DNA of 64,000 nucleotides, taken from the IMG/VR virus record IMGVR_UViG_3300034418_006037, positions 25,218-89,217 of that record; one strand, given 5' to 3'. The position numbers and the translations under genes were made by a program. Source of the DNA: a virus. Under the pieces are notes generated by a model. That model made no database searches, was not told the DNA's origin, and was given only the letters and a program-made list of their open reading frames with translations. Shown piece after piece: positions 50,501 to 57,686 of this stretch; positions within the stretch are counted from its first letter, which is position 1, and the number at the start of each line of letters is the position of its first letter.

Positions 50501-53500
50501 TAGAATGTTTGTCAAAACTGTTATAACAAACAGTATACTTACTACAGGCTTTTCTCCTGGTTTGAAGAGTTACTTTGAGCTTATACCCGTTGGATATTTA
50601 TCTGACTTGGGTGTAAGGGAGCATCTTAATCAGGAGATGCTCAAGCTGGGAACTGATGAGAATGCTCTTGAGGATTTTAAAGCAGAGTTCTTATCTAGCT
50701 ATGGGACTCATTATTTCAGAGGTGGTGGTGGAGGATACCTGTTTAATAGATCTAAACTAGCAGGTAATATAGGAAGTGTTGAACAATCCCCTGGAGATTC
50801 AGAGTGGGTTATTAAAACAAAAGGCAAGCACAAGTTCCTTTACAAAAGGATAAATCAAGGAGACACTAACTATGGAAGTAACATGTCTACGTATGGACCT
50901 GTTATTACTAAGGGTAAGCAACATGTCTTCTACGAAGCTAACCTGAGATTTAAAGGCGAAAAGTATAATAGAAGCTTGTTCCAAGCTGAAGATCAGATAC
51001 TTGAGCCACCGTCTAGAGCATACACAAGTGTGTTCCGTACTACGGATACTCAGCAAAGTAGAAACCTGGATAGCTTTGGGTTTGTTCGTGACACACCTCG
51101 AGGGGCTAGAGAGAAAATAGCAAGACTTAGAACTTCTTTTGCTAAAGCCGGAGTCACAGTAAGTGTTGTTGAAGCTTCTCTTCCTTTAGGAGTGAAGGGT
51201 GAGGTTAGAAATGGAGTAGTCTACGTAGACCCTGCCCAGATTACTGAGGACACTACGTATCATGAGTTTGGGCACATACTTATAGATATGCTCCCACAGG
51301 ATCAGGTTGATAGGTACATTGAGGAAGTCAAAAAATCTGACCCAGGATTAGCTGAAATAGTTGCTGCATCTTACCCAGAGCTGGAAGGCCGTGATCTTGG
51401 AAAGGAGATACTGGTAACAGCTATAGGTATACAAGGCGCTAAAATTGAGAGGAAGAATCCTAGTAAACTGCAGATACTGATTAACAGGATACTGCGTGCT
51501 ATCGGCAAGCTGTTTGGGATTAAGCCAAGTATTGCAGCTGTTCTTGCAGAAGAAATGTTTGCCGGAGATATCAAAAGAGAGTTGTCTGGAGAGTTCAACC
51601 CTAGTGTACAGAAATCTAAAAGGCTACAGAACAAACTTAATAAGGTATACAATCAAGTTAGAGATAGCTTGGAGAGGCAACGTATAAGACTCAAAGGCTT
51701 GCCAGAGAGTAAGTCTAAGGACGGGAAGATGCGAGACGTCAGCGCTCTTATAAACAACATCGATCAGATGAAAGAGAAGCTGGATTCAAATACTGCAGAT
51801 CTAAACGAGTTTTTTGACTTCCATCAATACGTTGTAGGCAGAGTTACCATCCTAGAAAATATGATGGATGATATCAGATCTACGGAAAATGAATCTGTAG
51901 ACCTTGATACTATGTACGACAGGCTCAATAAAATTGAGGAGCTTCGTAAGACTTTGGAGAGTTTGTACAACGAAGAGGAGAGCTCTTCCACAGTCACTCT
52001 TGTAAAAGATCTTCTATCTACTATGCGTCAGGAGGGTCTGCTGGATCAATTCCCAGATGAAACTAGAGACCTACTAGTTGATCTAGACTCTAGTCTTACT
52101 AGGCTTAGAGAGCTCAATGAGGACTACTACAAGGACATTCTCCCGATGACTACTAAGACATTGTTGCAATATGCTAGCCCAGAGGCAGCAGCAGCAATTG
52201 AACAGGAGAAAAGCAGAGTTGAAGAAAGTGGGGATCTGTCAGGATTTAGGCCGTTTACTCTTATAGAAAGAAAAACAGGTCGGTACGGCAATAAGATGCC
52301 TGAGTTCATACAGCTTAACAATGAGTACTTCTCTGATGAAAGTACTATGACTAGAGAAGAGTTTGATGAAGAAGCTATGAAGCTGAAGCTCAAGTATTTA
52401 GATAGCAAGCTTGTAGGTAAAGCTCAGCTAGATACAGAGCTCACAGAAGCAATGAGATCTAAAAGCTACTTCTCTTATATGCTTGATCCTATTGTATATT
52501 CTAGACAGCAGAATCTGCAACTGTTTGCACTTGCATTGAAGGATGCATTGAATAAAGCTAACGATGAATCTCTTGACTTCATATATAATATGGAGGACAA
52601 GTTTGAGAAGTTCAAGGAGTGGAAAGGGGGCTCAGAACTAAATGCAGCTAATCTTTATGAGGATCTTCTAACCAATATTAAAATTCGAGTAGGAGACAAA
52701 ACTATAAATGCTCTTAGCTTAGTACAGCAGTTCAACGTAGATGATTACTATGGTAAGTATTATAATTACATAGATGCTATATCTAAGAAGTATAACAAAC
52801 CTGCTTATGACTCAGATCCTGAGTTAAAAGAGGAGTGGTTCAAAAGTGAAGAGGCACTACTCTATAATCAAGCCAAGCTAAAATGGTTTAGAGACAATAC
52901 TGAGCCTGTAGAAAAAGCTGCTGAAAAGTACAAGGCTGCCCTGAAGGAAGCTAATGCTCTGGAGGACAGGATGAAAATGCTTAGTAAAGAAGATAACCCT
53001 GCTAATAGAGAGCAAATACTTCTCCTACAAGCGGACTATTACAAGGCACAGAATAGACTTAAGAAGATGGGCAAGTTCGACCAAGAGTCTGGGCGTATGG
53101 TGTATATGGGTGAACTTGCTAAGCCGAACAAAAGCTATGAGAGTGACAAGTGGAAGAAGATACAGGCCACTCCTGAGATGAAAGAGTTCTATGATTACAT
53201 AGTATCTAACTACGCTAGATCCCAAAAGATTATAGGGGAAAGTGGTCTCAGAGTCAATAGTTGGGATGAGTTCTCATATGTGATGCCATCTGTTCGTAAG
53301 GATGGTTTGGGCACACTTGTGGAAGATGGATGGAAAGAGTTTAAGAATGAGATAGGAAGAGATTTCCGTAGACTTGACACAGATACAGAGTTTGGTATGA
53401 TGACCTCTAATGACGGTCAAGAAATACGAGGTATACCTAAGTACTATACTAACCCTGTTGATGAAAAAAATATCTCCAGAGACGTTGCTGCTAGTATGTC

Positions 53501-55061
53501 TCAGTTTGTACATATGGCAAACACATACAAGGAAAAGTCTAAAATAGCTGGTCTGGTTGCTAGCATGCTTGCATTGCATGAACGCAAGGGAGTTATTAAA
53601 TATCAGAGTGGTGTTCCAGTTATGGACCAGGTGGCTAATATTGCCAGAAAAGCTGCAGAGCATGTTACTAAGAGAGGCTCTGAGGACAACTTAGATCTTA
53701 AGCACCTTAAGGATTTTGTTGACTCTGTATTCTATGGAGTTGTAGATGTTCCAGACATAAGTGCAGATGCTCAAAAAACTATGAGCAAAATAATAGGTTT
53801 TACGGCTGTTGTAGGATTGGCGGGTAACGTATTGCAGATAGGTAACCAGGCTATTCTTGATAATAACATGACAGCTCGGGAAGCTTTTACTAAGCAGTTC
53901 TTTAAACCTGACGTTTACGCAGATGCTGTTAAAACCTACTTGTTTGAGCAAGGTTTAGCTCTTCAAGACGTGGGTGCATTCAGACCTAAGGGGAAGCTAG
54001 CTAGAGCACTGCAAAGTTTCGACGGACTGGTAGATGTGGAAAACGTATTTGCTAATGTGGGATCTAACAAAGTAAAGAAGCTGATAAACAAAAAGAATCT
54101 TTACTTCGCACAGGGTGGAGTAGAGCATCAAACTGCTTCAGTTCGTATGTTGGCTGTATTGAAGTCTACTGTTGCTAAAGACAAAGACGGCAACGTTATC
54201 ATGAAAGATGGTAAGGAAGCCAACATATGGGATATGCTCATAGAAAGTGAATCCGGTAGGCTTGTCATAGACCCTAAAGTAGCTAACGTAACCAAGTCAC
54301 AGTTAATAGCTCGTATACACGGACTAAGCAAAAGAACTAACCAAGTAAAAGGTAGCTTTGACCGAGCTATGGCTCAGCGTACTGCAACAGGTAAGTTCTT
54401 GCTTCTGTTCCGCAACTACCTTATACCAGGCCTACGTGCAAGATTTGGTCATGGTGATATGCTCCAAGTAGATCATGAGCTAGGAGCAATAACTAGAGGT
54501 AGCTACAAGACAGGATTCGATTTCTTGAGATCCATGATCGAAAATAAATTGAATTACACCAAGGTAATGAGTATGATGAGTGAGGTAGACAAGCAGAACA
54601 TGCGTAGAAATCTTTACGATGTGATGACAGTTACTCTCACTATGATGATGTATAACCTCCTAAAAGGAATAGCGGATGACGATGATGAAAATTACCTTGC
54701 AGCGTTTGGTGCCTACCAAGCTAGGAGATTGTATACAGAAACTACTGCATTCCTAAATCCAATGGAAGGTGTGAGAATGCTTATGAGGCCTGTAGCATCT
54801 GTGAATTTGGTGGAGGACGCATTTATGCTAGCTTATACTGGATTTAGGACTGCTCAGTATGAAATAGGTGCTTACTCTGATGAGGAAGAAATACTCAAGG
54901 ATATACAGTACCAAAGAAGATCAGGAGCAAATCAGAAAGGAGACTCGAAGTTCATAGGAAGAATGAAGAAGGTGTTCCCGTTCCTTAGAACATGGGATAC
55001 AGTTCCATGGGTTGATGGCTCTCCGGAAAGAGTTATGGCCAAGCTTAAGTTCTTCGAATAA
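38514..55061 (+). CDS. Giant virion RNA polymerase polyprotein (two-barrel RNAP, two zincin domains, membrane-type N-terminus)
   Basis: 5515 aa. Catalytic GSDFDVD (DFDVD at 48888-48902) is preceded by 'YRVPQQGKSS' and 'TDAQG'. HEGYH at 44613-44627 and HEFGH at 51261-51275. Gly/Ala-rich hydrophobic helices near the N-terminus. Confidence 0.88.
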   Translation: MSEKVIDPFTGLEVVKSGVVDPFTGLSYDTAPVKDDTPIMPSSTEMFLDGDPNSYLSYGVPVLPGLDIDEMRAQRQSRAEKWGRGLMKAGVTTAMAFTENTLGALNGIGEAIYYRDWTKLADNTTGRAVDSVNAWMQDNFRNYYTKEEQEAIGLENLGYANFWGDKAANGLGYAVASVASLYATGGVGIVTRGLGLAAKGAKAAVGAAAATKAGSRAAGIYRASKAIATAEKLYKTASSSAKVRRGISAAKQAEVGISMSHAEAAVEAREALKHAEETMLDQIAAEKGVDRMQLSQSDRERAREEASKIGNAVYASNMAVLAPTNLAMFGGLFKSKFKASRSSLSGFTKDAKSKQWLDMWSADNAKAWQRTASRYLQNPAKDAVTEAFQEGTQFAIGQAAGAAAEGEGYSSVLDWLGAIGEGGNEILKGDKEGIESVLLGAIIGGFMGGVQSGISRYGKTEEDAQRKKVLDRLNSPTLYKVVDNAEFAKNQETILKKMQDSLESGDHKGYRDAQLELIQENVLFHERNGSIDMFMERIDDAKYMEKEEFAKAFGLPENSDFDHKQIVSDLTQDVKNLVQIKRELDAIAPGQETTGLPRLLTSKDVLEEEKDRLTEEYHMKDFLVRNKSRLLDADGRISKMRAELMDLFNPLSKEERAVAERTIKRLTYNSSKIRRLQKKEREQGLSEGEKEQLASLLAEVDRNEAALEAEEVTDDQLGADKQSYKERLIKPKEEREDKVEPLSPELREALNNITKSISDPSDRLKAEELARDISRLAGDRTQAAYALNELLSNPERRAGYIRRQMKTKEEAAQKEIDKYADNSIASTTTSAELYDLGILAKDKGVSPAARKKLNDEYKRRQENEEVVAVRLNLEDLPVLKKKKQELEAKKEKEELTPEEKIELFVLDTIIPSREALGEQGIEGNRSRQKKAQEAARKKAEEEAAARAAADAKKEADKANQTNDSSTNNTTNPDNDGSRNPRSPSPFQSELYIVNGEFQLKDITTDKNGNTIRRKAVVFKNGEPVPGTDVDPAHPRTIDRGFLKTEEGYKEVMEKGVEFEHVRSTKDNKNLEYIYVKLAGTNTYLGFLPNPMSQGSKTSNLLMELIAGNKVTAKVNTIEYAGKGNFLAETNDQGEPVFKPVSEVLGEDVPPSFVGLGIVQKDNITVIAQNKSDQEINEAQENLNLRRDSMELTAGQVVMVVKLPNGDYTALTTSTKTLGEEGYGRLVDIIAKKGEGNTVSEIKALLGIPNNWIQGKTSFFVTQLKNSGKVIFNFEHKGAIIGMSYDEVSGMLESGAPKFFSYGKMVEETTDEGDVVTVFEREKPKKEGGNASTAEYQRLKEGMLESFKAAAMNSRVQVSKKALQELEGAYTDPVTGKTYASYQEFAIKELLTTSNRFHKGLPTYDHRVSMSVNVQEGANTSETTGSSGRVKPENTEGKKKNTTKKRKGGAGTKHNFGEPTNTEPTSNETKFNPSNAVALTPEEEAELMASITGEGTTAEPPSKDDTSGADRQTRDHRLRQEREAVLQQSDTIPEGDYIKGKTGEKTKDVLTRYVRGYLEEVLTLDIKTASYDAMSKNLVLTLQPGDTELEVRVPMHGMVLGGSVILDVDTKQVINAYFDAIEKAGGADVAGIVSEEEARQLEEGIKNAYELLNEAIEVADYEGIKYQKEYIEAAKAKWQKLFNTPYDEYVKSNTSRQSLAGETDAAFAAEEAGMGAVEDAFVDGFQPDEEAGVPFVWEGNEFRIFTADEIEIVSATKEFVADQGKLGVDIYNGRSFSFASSFKTFPQGLKDEIKRIGDQNASDVSDVPFSLKDSTTGEVSIDTFFFVSGLHPNGEVGYAVANYDSSKLSEDNRRFLAQYLTTETNIPDGKNMAVKQLRENMHAVYIANEIPFAELMKAPNGGVRTGRGGRMGVTFLMKSSPTPETLDALKKRADLLFTRSIENINNKQYVEDLRIKVNGKIQVGPPSYSLKSPSTPKRGKMEQTQAVSWLRARFGKDSVSIYTNMKKVGSAVVHGYMENAAVHLWSNAEVGTEYHEGYHLFFRTLLNDKQREAIYLDALAEFGEPTAEDIEKAKRGQLNITNKEARLLALEEKMADAFRDYVLSQKAPKSFGQRLVKFFKDLYAYIKAFAGKPVAMRQAFRLIESNRIPASYSRTAQAFSPGAAFMMKQYAADPQTFRELRDIAIYKALNEVSASGANMQDLLGSPETANVKGGDSTIRNWFLRSAFHKDSPDIMTGGRTREPISDREFGALQRAYDDPQQFQAVLSDYNIKLGAPEFTHDGEVMPSQMIGEEAADNAQLFLEVYEHWHDKRGELGGVNVRGFRTDIRDRLRDYGFKIYDSEQARERGEVNDKEEGADRNYSVSYAQTDPAAALGDKARRVLSRIPVKSTSESYFGFETYMPIEDIYHEIQTAVVGSESYVDMMEKLKSRSSNISSLTAVYDFIQNLSTPEKALLYSVFSQAMTPYKMIVVESSSSSQPGKPRKVVKIIDSSSKSIERYFTAKWAEQATSVAGIYKVSVSEDGDILDIQANQARLGKALKHYKNIVDLKGTGDRSYEELADMLLALGINIAKDRETAARRVKEALQMEGISVSNFIKRPNTNLKDIMENPNKLGKLGKANYPNIFQTESTTMATISKVIMSKFEAPVAASFFNGLGNLIFPINLKNDMNITSEMVKDVSSEGLQAIMEGEEGSKGTVGSYIRGKDRQGNEVVYNSLAHMMISTKAGKESFEIVDIDSKREGDERAVEYDNFDYNEGLSVDLIMFGSSKDKKYIAIDTQGDRSKLSYMAIDNILNSSVRSSTGFQVLGDNPLEAAIERTYLLDLHRIRVAEKTIESTPDKDLIAGYHDGRYKALQFGGEYRDTTNIAHDAYLHMEMGKPMTKELKKAVKEYVAEVVNRMETTYLEEILKEVGGEERLRLLVANSVQPGNGYVVGKEIEFVKDYIKMNVVGRVISRELLRNGVHFTSGGANYNKRSHLSGTPGRQFFTLSMNMDGTDYGMLDEFREITIADNISNMEEENPEAYKRLRDAIAAQSTEEAADIFMQGYKKSNGTDAQGMITIHFHRRLGQGLGLWTAVDEQVYKEYMSKPKGQRIWDGERSPIRPWKTSYDFRVLEEFGGYNHLMAVSHKNSYVVMTDELVEGVPQMKKLNDWMESNNVHVANSVEAKKLGSFRAVTAANLEEARIQTLPSRGLKVPQILPEKNTQKTTFGRQPRKNMIANINPTETYYLRDSNKLVTGRELIDIYQKAVVAKLNQGHDKVVQDLGYDEVMNATTEAEQVAALNKMIPKLRELLTEIGVEKDLPQNIMDALDVVADENGVVTTLLPASFPSIQLKLDSIVMNLFRKNAYLMKMTGVEMVQFGEYGGHEKDGTLKFYDIDNSSGTDVVVGAEVDIRYDVLQDLGIDPEDPNVDIDAALNRLLGYRVPQQGKSSTLMMRVRKILPKSHPAAVKVPPGVTTMMGSDFDVDKMFVIFPELEVQESNQKVKVTKVRPDYNKLTGASQEDFNSLDSKVINNIIFDTFEAIGGNINHIHETLAPLDLPAEHDPVALGLLSIRFDQQTLDSMTVAEKRAESKVKIDINSTSGRIRSSADNQLSAALRGIYANAIAGRNVAIAAQEMSGGQLSWKPDESEYFEVDGVRVGELTEKAKFQDSMGVFRFTDYYMSNYLSKAVDSVKNPIQGLINDNRITAALTTYMLSIGMTPEQAILFLNVPVIRNKVQEALSKGLSLKQVVKIGATRKDPVKPVPMKLSSEEMKEIIHSDKPYGEKNYLDMLMFMSQQSTKLDTLYKLLSPDKIDKIGGTTQAHLALIDAASNQDAEVFGGLESLKMVTEGDAYPIVRAMYAAMERSLDVTTALGFISRQPSVQKFKKDIKKITNKEVFNANTHRDINKAILHHLVTKPGSPLFEKGHLDVEFIFPTFVRGDVAKLLKAMQDITGGTSNPVVDAFSIAEEPMPNGQKFTYLQVDKTQLSTKEQKDQFTMTLQGMIDDLGLYGEENIPFVRMFVKTVITNSILTTGFSPGLKSYFELIPVGYLSDLGVREHLNQEMLKLGTDENALEDFKAEFLSSYGTHYFRGGGGGYLFNRSKLAGNIGSVEQSPGDSEWVIKTKGKHKFLYKRINQGDTNYGSNMSTYGPVITKGKQHVFYEANLRFKGEKYNRSLFQAEDQILEPPSRAYTSVFRTTDTQQSRNLDSFGFVRDTPRGAREKIARLRTSFAKAGVTVSVVEASLPLGVKGEVRNGVVYVDPAQITEDTTYHEFGHILIDMLPQDQVDRYIEEVKKSDPGLAEIVAASYPELEGRDLGKEILVTAIGIQGAKIERKNPSKLQILINRILRAIGKLFGIKPSIAAVLAEEMFAGDIKRELSGEFNPSVQKSKRLQNKLNKVYNQVRDSLERQRIRLKGLPESKSKDGKMRDVSALINNIDQMKEKLDSNTADLNEFFDFHQYVVGRVTILENMMDDIRSTENESVDLDTMYDRLNKIEELRKTLESLYNEEESSSTVTLVKDLLSTMRQEGLLDQFPDETRDLLVDLDSSLTRLRELNEDYYKDILPMTTKTLLQYASPEAAAAIEQEKSRVEESGDLSGFRPFTLIERKTGRYGNKMPEFIQLNNEYFSDESTMTREEFDEEAMKLKLKYLDSKLVGKAQLDTELTEAMRSKSYFSYMLDPIVYSRQQNLQLFALALKDALNKANDESLDFIYNMEDKFEKFKEWKGGSELNAANLYEDLLTNIKIRVGDKTINALSLVQQFNVDDYYGKYYNYIDAISKKYNKPAYDSDPELKEEWFKSEEALLYNQAKLKWFRDNTEPVEKAAEKYKAALKEANALEDRMKMLSKEDNPANREQILLLQADYYKAQNRLKKMGKFDQESGRMVYMGELAKPNKSYESDKWKKIQATPEMKEFYDYIVSNYARSQKIIGESGLRVNSWDEFSYVMPSVRKDGLGTLVEDGWKEFKNEIGRDFRRLDTDTEFGMMTSNDGQEIRGIPKYYTNPVDEKNISRDVAASMSQFVHMANTYKEKSKIAGLVASMLALHERKGVIKYQSGVPVMDQVANIARKAAEHVTKRGSEDNLDLKHLKDFVDSVFYGVVDVPDISADAQKTMSKIIGFTAVVGLAGNVLQIGNQAILDNNMTAREAFTKQFFKPDVYADAVKTYLFEQGLALQDVGAFRPKGKLARALQSFDGLVDVENVFANVGSNKVKKLINKKNLYFAQGGVEHQTASVRMLAVLKSTVAKDKDGNVIMKDGKEANIWDMLIESESGRLVIDPKVANVTKSQLIARIHGLSKRTNQVKGSFDRAMAQRTATGKFLLLFRNYLIPGLRARFGHGDMLQVDHELGAITRGSYKTGFDFLRSMIENKLNYTKVMSMMSEVDKQNMRRNLYDVMTVTLTMMMYNLLKGIADDDDENYLAAFGAYQARRLYTETTAFLNPMEGVRMLMRPVASVNLVEDAFMLAYTGFRTAQYEIGAYSDEEEILKDIQYQRRSGANQKGDSKFIGRMKKVFPFLRTWDTVPWVDGSPERVMAKLKFFE

Positions 55062-55076
55062 ACTTGTAGGGGGCGC

Positions 55077-55115
55077 AAAAAAAGGGGGGCTTCAGCGCCC
55101 CCCTTTCCTTTCTTT
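55077..55115. terminator. Bidirectional intrinsic terminator between convergent modules
   Basis: A7-GGGGGGC-TTCAGC-GCCCCCC-TTTCCTTTCTTT, giving U-rich tails on both strands. Confidence 0.85.
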
Positions 55116-55436
55116 AGCTATTTGCAATAGTATTAGATATCCAATAAGATCTTTTATTGTATCCTCAGCTTTGTCATCGATACCCATGGTACTGATTCTG
55201 CTGAGTTTATCATCTATACGCACGCATATAGCGTCGATAGCGTCGCTTCGAGAGAACAATCTAATCGGGTTCAATGCTGAATCTCCGTAGGCTGTATTCT
55301 TCTCCCTGAGCATAACCTTTATCTCGTCGAGAAGATAATAAGCCCTGCGCAAAGTATGAATCTCTTGCTCTTCTATTTTTAGTTTATCCACTGTAGTGGA
55401 AGTATTCTGCTCCTGGAACCAAATGCCGTCGCTCAT
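55092..55436 (-). CDS. Nmad1/DUF1599-like all-alpha nucleotide-modification-associated protein
   Basis: 'KNTAYGDS...VRIDDKLSRI...EDTIKDLIGYLIL'. The ATG at 55436 is preferred over the GTG at 55508. Confidence 0.75.
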   Translation of the reverse strand: MSDGIWFQEQNTSTTVDKLKIEEQEIHTLRRAYYLLDEIKVMLREKNTAYGDSALNPIRLFSRSDAIDAICVRIDDKLSRISTMGIDDKAEDTIKDLIGYLILLQIAKERKGGR

Positions 55437-56157
55437 CTTCTGGGTATTTGAAAAAGTCAATAGGGCTTTCAAGATACTCATTAATCTTGACAAAGTGGTT
55501 ACAACCAAAGAACCCAGCTGTACCCCCAGAGTAAGATTCAGCAGCCGGGTGGGGTGCAGTTAACACCCAATGACTACCTTCTTCTTCTGGGAATAAAGAC
55601 AGAGTTTCTTCAGTATCAGTTACTTGTATTTGCTCAATCAGTGACTGCGCATCCTTACCCCACCCCACAAACACAATGTTATTATGTTTGGCGCGGATAC
55701 GCTTGAGCACTTCTACAGTAAAGCCTTCCCATATTTTCTTATGGGAGTTAGGTTCCTTCTCTCTAACAGTCAATGACGTGTTGATGAGAAGTACACCTTG
55801 TCTAGCCCAGTGCTCAAGGCTTGTATCGAAATTAGGGTTCACATCCCTACCATGACTTTCATGTAATTCCTTTACAATATTCCTAAGACTGGGACTGAGC
55901 CTACCGTTGTTGGTTGCAAATGCAAGTCCAGTAGCTATTCCGTTATGATACGGGTCTTGACCGATGATGACTACACGGAGATCACGAAACTGAGTCCAGT
56001 CAAAAGCTCTGAATACATTACTCACTGCAGGGTAGCAAGTGTAGTTCCTGTACTCTTCGCTTAAGTCCTTCTTCAGTTTCGCAAATCTCTGTGAGTCAAA
56101 GATCGGTGCGAGGATTGGTGCCCAATCCCCTAACTGTTCTTTGATTTTGTCGTTCAT
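55384..56157 (-). CDS. ung: Uracil-DNA glycosylase (family 1)
   Basis: 'VVIIGQDPYH', 'GLAF', 'WARQGVLLIN', 'WGKDAQ' and 'HPAA'. Confidence 0.93.
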   Translation of the reverse strand: MNDKIKEQLGDWAPILAPIFDSQRFAKLKKDLSEEYRNYTCYPAVSNVFRAFDWTQFRDLRVVIIGQDPYHNGIATGLAFATNNGRLSPSLRNIVKELHESHGRDVNPNFDTSLEHWARQGVLLINTSLTVREKEPNSHKKIWEGFTVEVLKRIRAKHNNIVFVGWGKDAQSLIEQIQVTDTEETLSLFPEEEGSHWVLTAPHPAAESYSGGTAGFFGCNHFVKINEYLESPIDFFKYPEDERRHLVPGAEYFHYSG

Positions 56158-56930
56158 AATATTGGTTTACTGGGAGAATAGAACTCTTGATTGAATACCT
56201 CGAGATCGAAACTAGGCTTGCTGTGCAGCTCTGCATCTGCAGGTAGCGTTACATCAAGCTGTCTCTCAATATGAGATCTTAATCCAGGGTCCTTAAAGAG
56301 AATCTTCCCAGTGTGTCCGTCGAAGTCAAAGCCATGAAACTCCAATATTCTCAGCTTCCAATCATCATCTATCTCAGAAAATCTTCCATCTACAAATGCT
56401 GCATATGAAGACTTAGCTTCCTCCGGAACATCGAACACAAATAATACATGATACGGATCAGGGTCGATACGTATCTTAAAATTCCTGAACGAACACAAAG
56501 CAGATTCGAACTTAGTAAACAAGGGATCGCCTGAAAACCGATATAGTAATGCAACACATTCAGGGTATTCAGGGGTACCCATGAACGCATTGACAAACAG
56601 TGAATGCCACAGCATCAGCTTTCTATTCCCACCCATCATCGGGAGAAGGAATATGCTCGAATCTGTGAGTCTATCCACTGACAAGTCATAGCACACTACT
56701 TGGTTGCGCTCACCAGTGCACGGTGTGATCACGTTGATGCGATAGGGGGACTTGGGTCTAGCCCTAATAGTCCCCCCTATCTTAATCTCAAACGTACAAT
56801 CGTCGAGCTTGCAATCAATTCCTATGATTACATCTTGAATCTTCTTTGTTTCACACTTAGAGAGATTCCCAGTCAGACGTACAGTTCTCCCATTGATAGG
56901 GGTGAATTGTAGGTCCGGACATCTCACCAT
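56154..56930 (-). CDS. Hypothetical replication-module protein
   Basis: 258 aa, overlapping both neighbours. No catalytic motif recognised. Confidence 0.6.
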   Translation of the reverse strand: MVRCPDLQFTPINGRTVRLTGNLSKCETKKIQDVIIGIDCKLDDCTFEIKIGGTIRARPKSPYRINVITPCTGERNQVVCYDLSVDRLTDSSIFLLPMMGGNRKLMLWHSLFVNAFMGTPEYPECVALLYRFSGDPLFTKFESALCSFRNFKIRIDPDPYHVLFVFDVPEEAKSSYAAFVDGRFSEIDDDWKLRILEFHGFDFDGHTGKILFKDPGLRSHIERQLDVTLPADAELHSKPSFDLEVFNQEFYSPSKPIL

Positions 56931-57685
56931 GGCTCTTCCTCTTCTATTAGTTGAGTAAGTTGCAGAGGTAGTAATGACCTTCCAGTCTCCCTACGCACGT
57001 CTTCTTCTGTCTTCAACAGATAGACGAGCCTAAAGGTTTCATGGAACTTCATCACACCCTCCACCATACCGAACTTCTCCACGAACTTCTTCAGCGCAAA
57101 TGCTTCGTAGTCCTTGGTTCTGTCCTTCAACCAATTGTCAGCGGTTTTAACACCGACACCGGGAATGCCTGGGATATTGTCCGTACTATCACCCATGAGC
57201 ACTTGCTTCCAAAGGAACTTAAGTGCTTCATCAGGTGAAGTATGCAGGAACTCTGCCTTACCATAGTTGTAATGCATCCCAACACACTGGTACAGAACGT
57301 CCTTGTCTGGGGAGCAGATAATCGTACTACGGTTATCCGTATACGAGTAATAGCTCACAAGGTCGTCTGCCTCCAGCTCCTTGATACCCCACATGTTATA
57401 CTTCTGCTTGAGATGCTCACGCAGTGCATAGAACACAGGAGGTTTAGGTCGTCCTTTACGATTCCCTTTGTAGTTATCAGTCACTTCATACCTGAAGCAA
57501 CGTCCTTCTGTAAGGAACCCAACGAACTTGGAAGTGTTACACTCTGATAGCATTGTTGCAATCCTCTGGTCTATTCCATAGATAGCATCCTCTAGGGTAG
57601 GCTTATCCATTTCATAGTACAACAGAGAATCAGCATCAATGAGACAGATGTTCCCATCTCTGGGTAGTCTCTCGATACTGCTCAT
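56924..57685 (-). CDS. 5'-3' exonuclease (FEN/T7 gp6-like)
   Basis: 'LIDADSL', 'NYKGNR', 'EADD', 'DKD' and 'GDSTDNIPGIPGVG'. Confidence 0.9.
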   Translation of the reverse strand: MSSIERLPRDGNICLIDADSLLYYEMDKPTLEDAIYGIDQRIATMLSECNTSKFVGFLTEGRCFRYEVTDNYKGNRKGRPKPPVFYALREHLKQKYNMWGIKELEADDLVSYYSYTDNRSTIICSPDKDVLYQCVGMHYNYGKAEFLHTSPDEALKFLWKQVLMGDSTDNIPGIPGVGVKTADNWLKDRTKDYEAFALKKFVEKFGMVEGVMKFHETFRLVYLLKTEEDVRRETGRSLLPLQLTQLIEEEEPW

Positions 57686-57686
57686 G

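Noticed and set aside
814-54331. Numerous - strand ORFs of 60-200 aa opposite the structural genes
   Set aside because: They are shadow ORFs fully inside long + strand genes and have no recognisable motifs.
38514-55061. Intein or intron explaining the size of the RNAP gene
   Set aside because: The ORF is uninterrupted and I recognised no intein terminal motifs or homing endonuclease motif. A profile search would be needed to exclude this fully.
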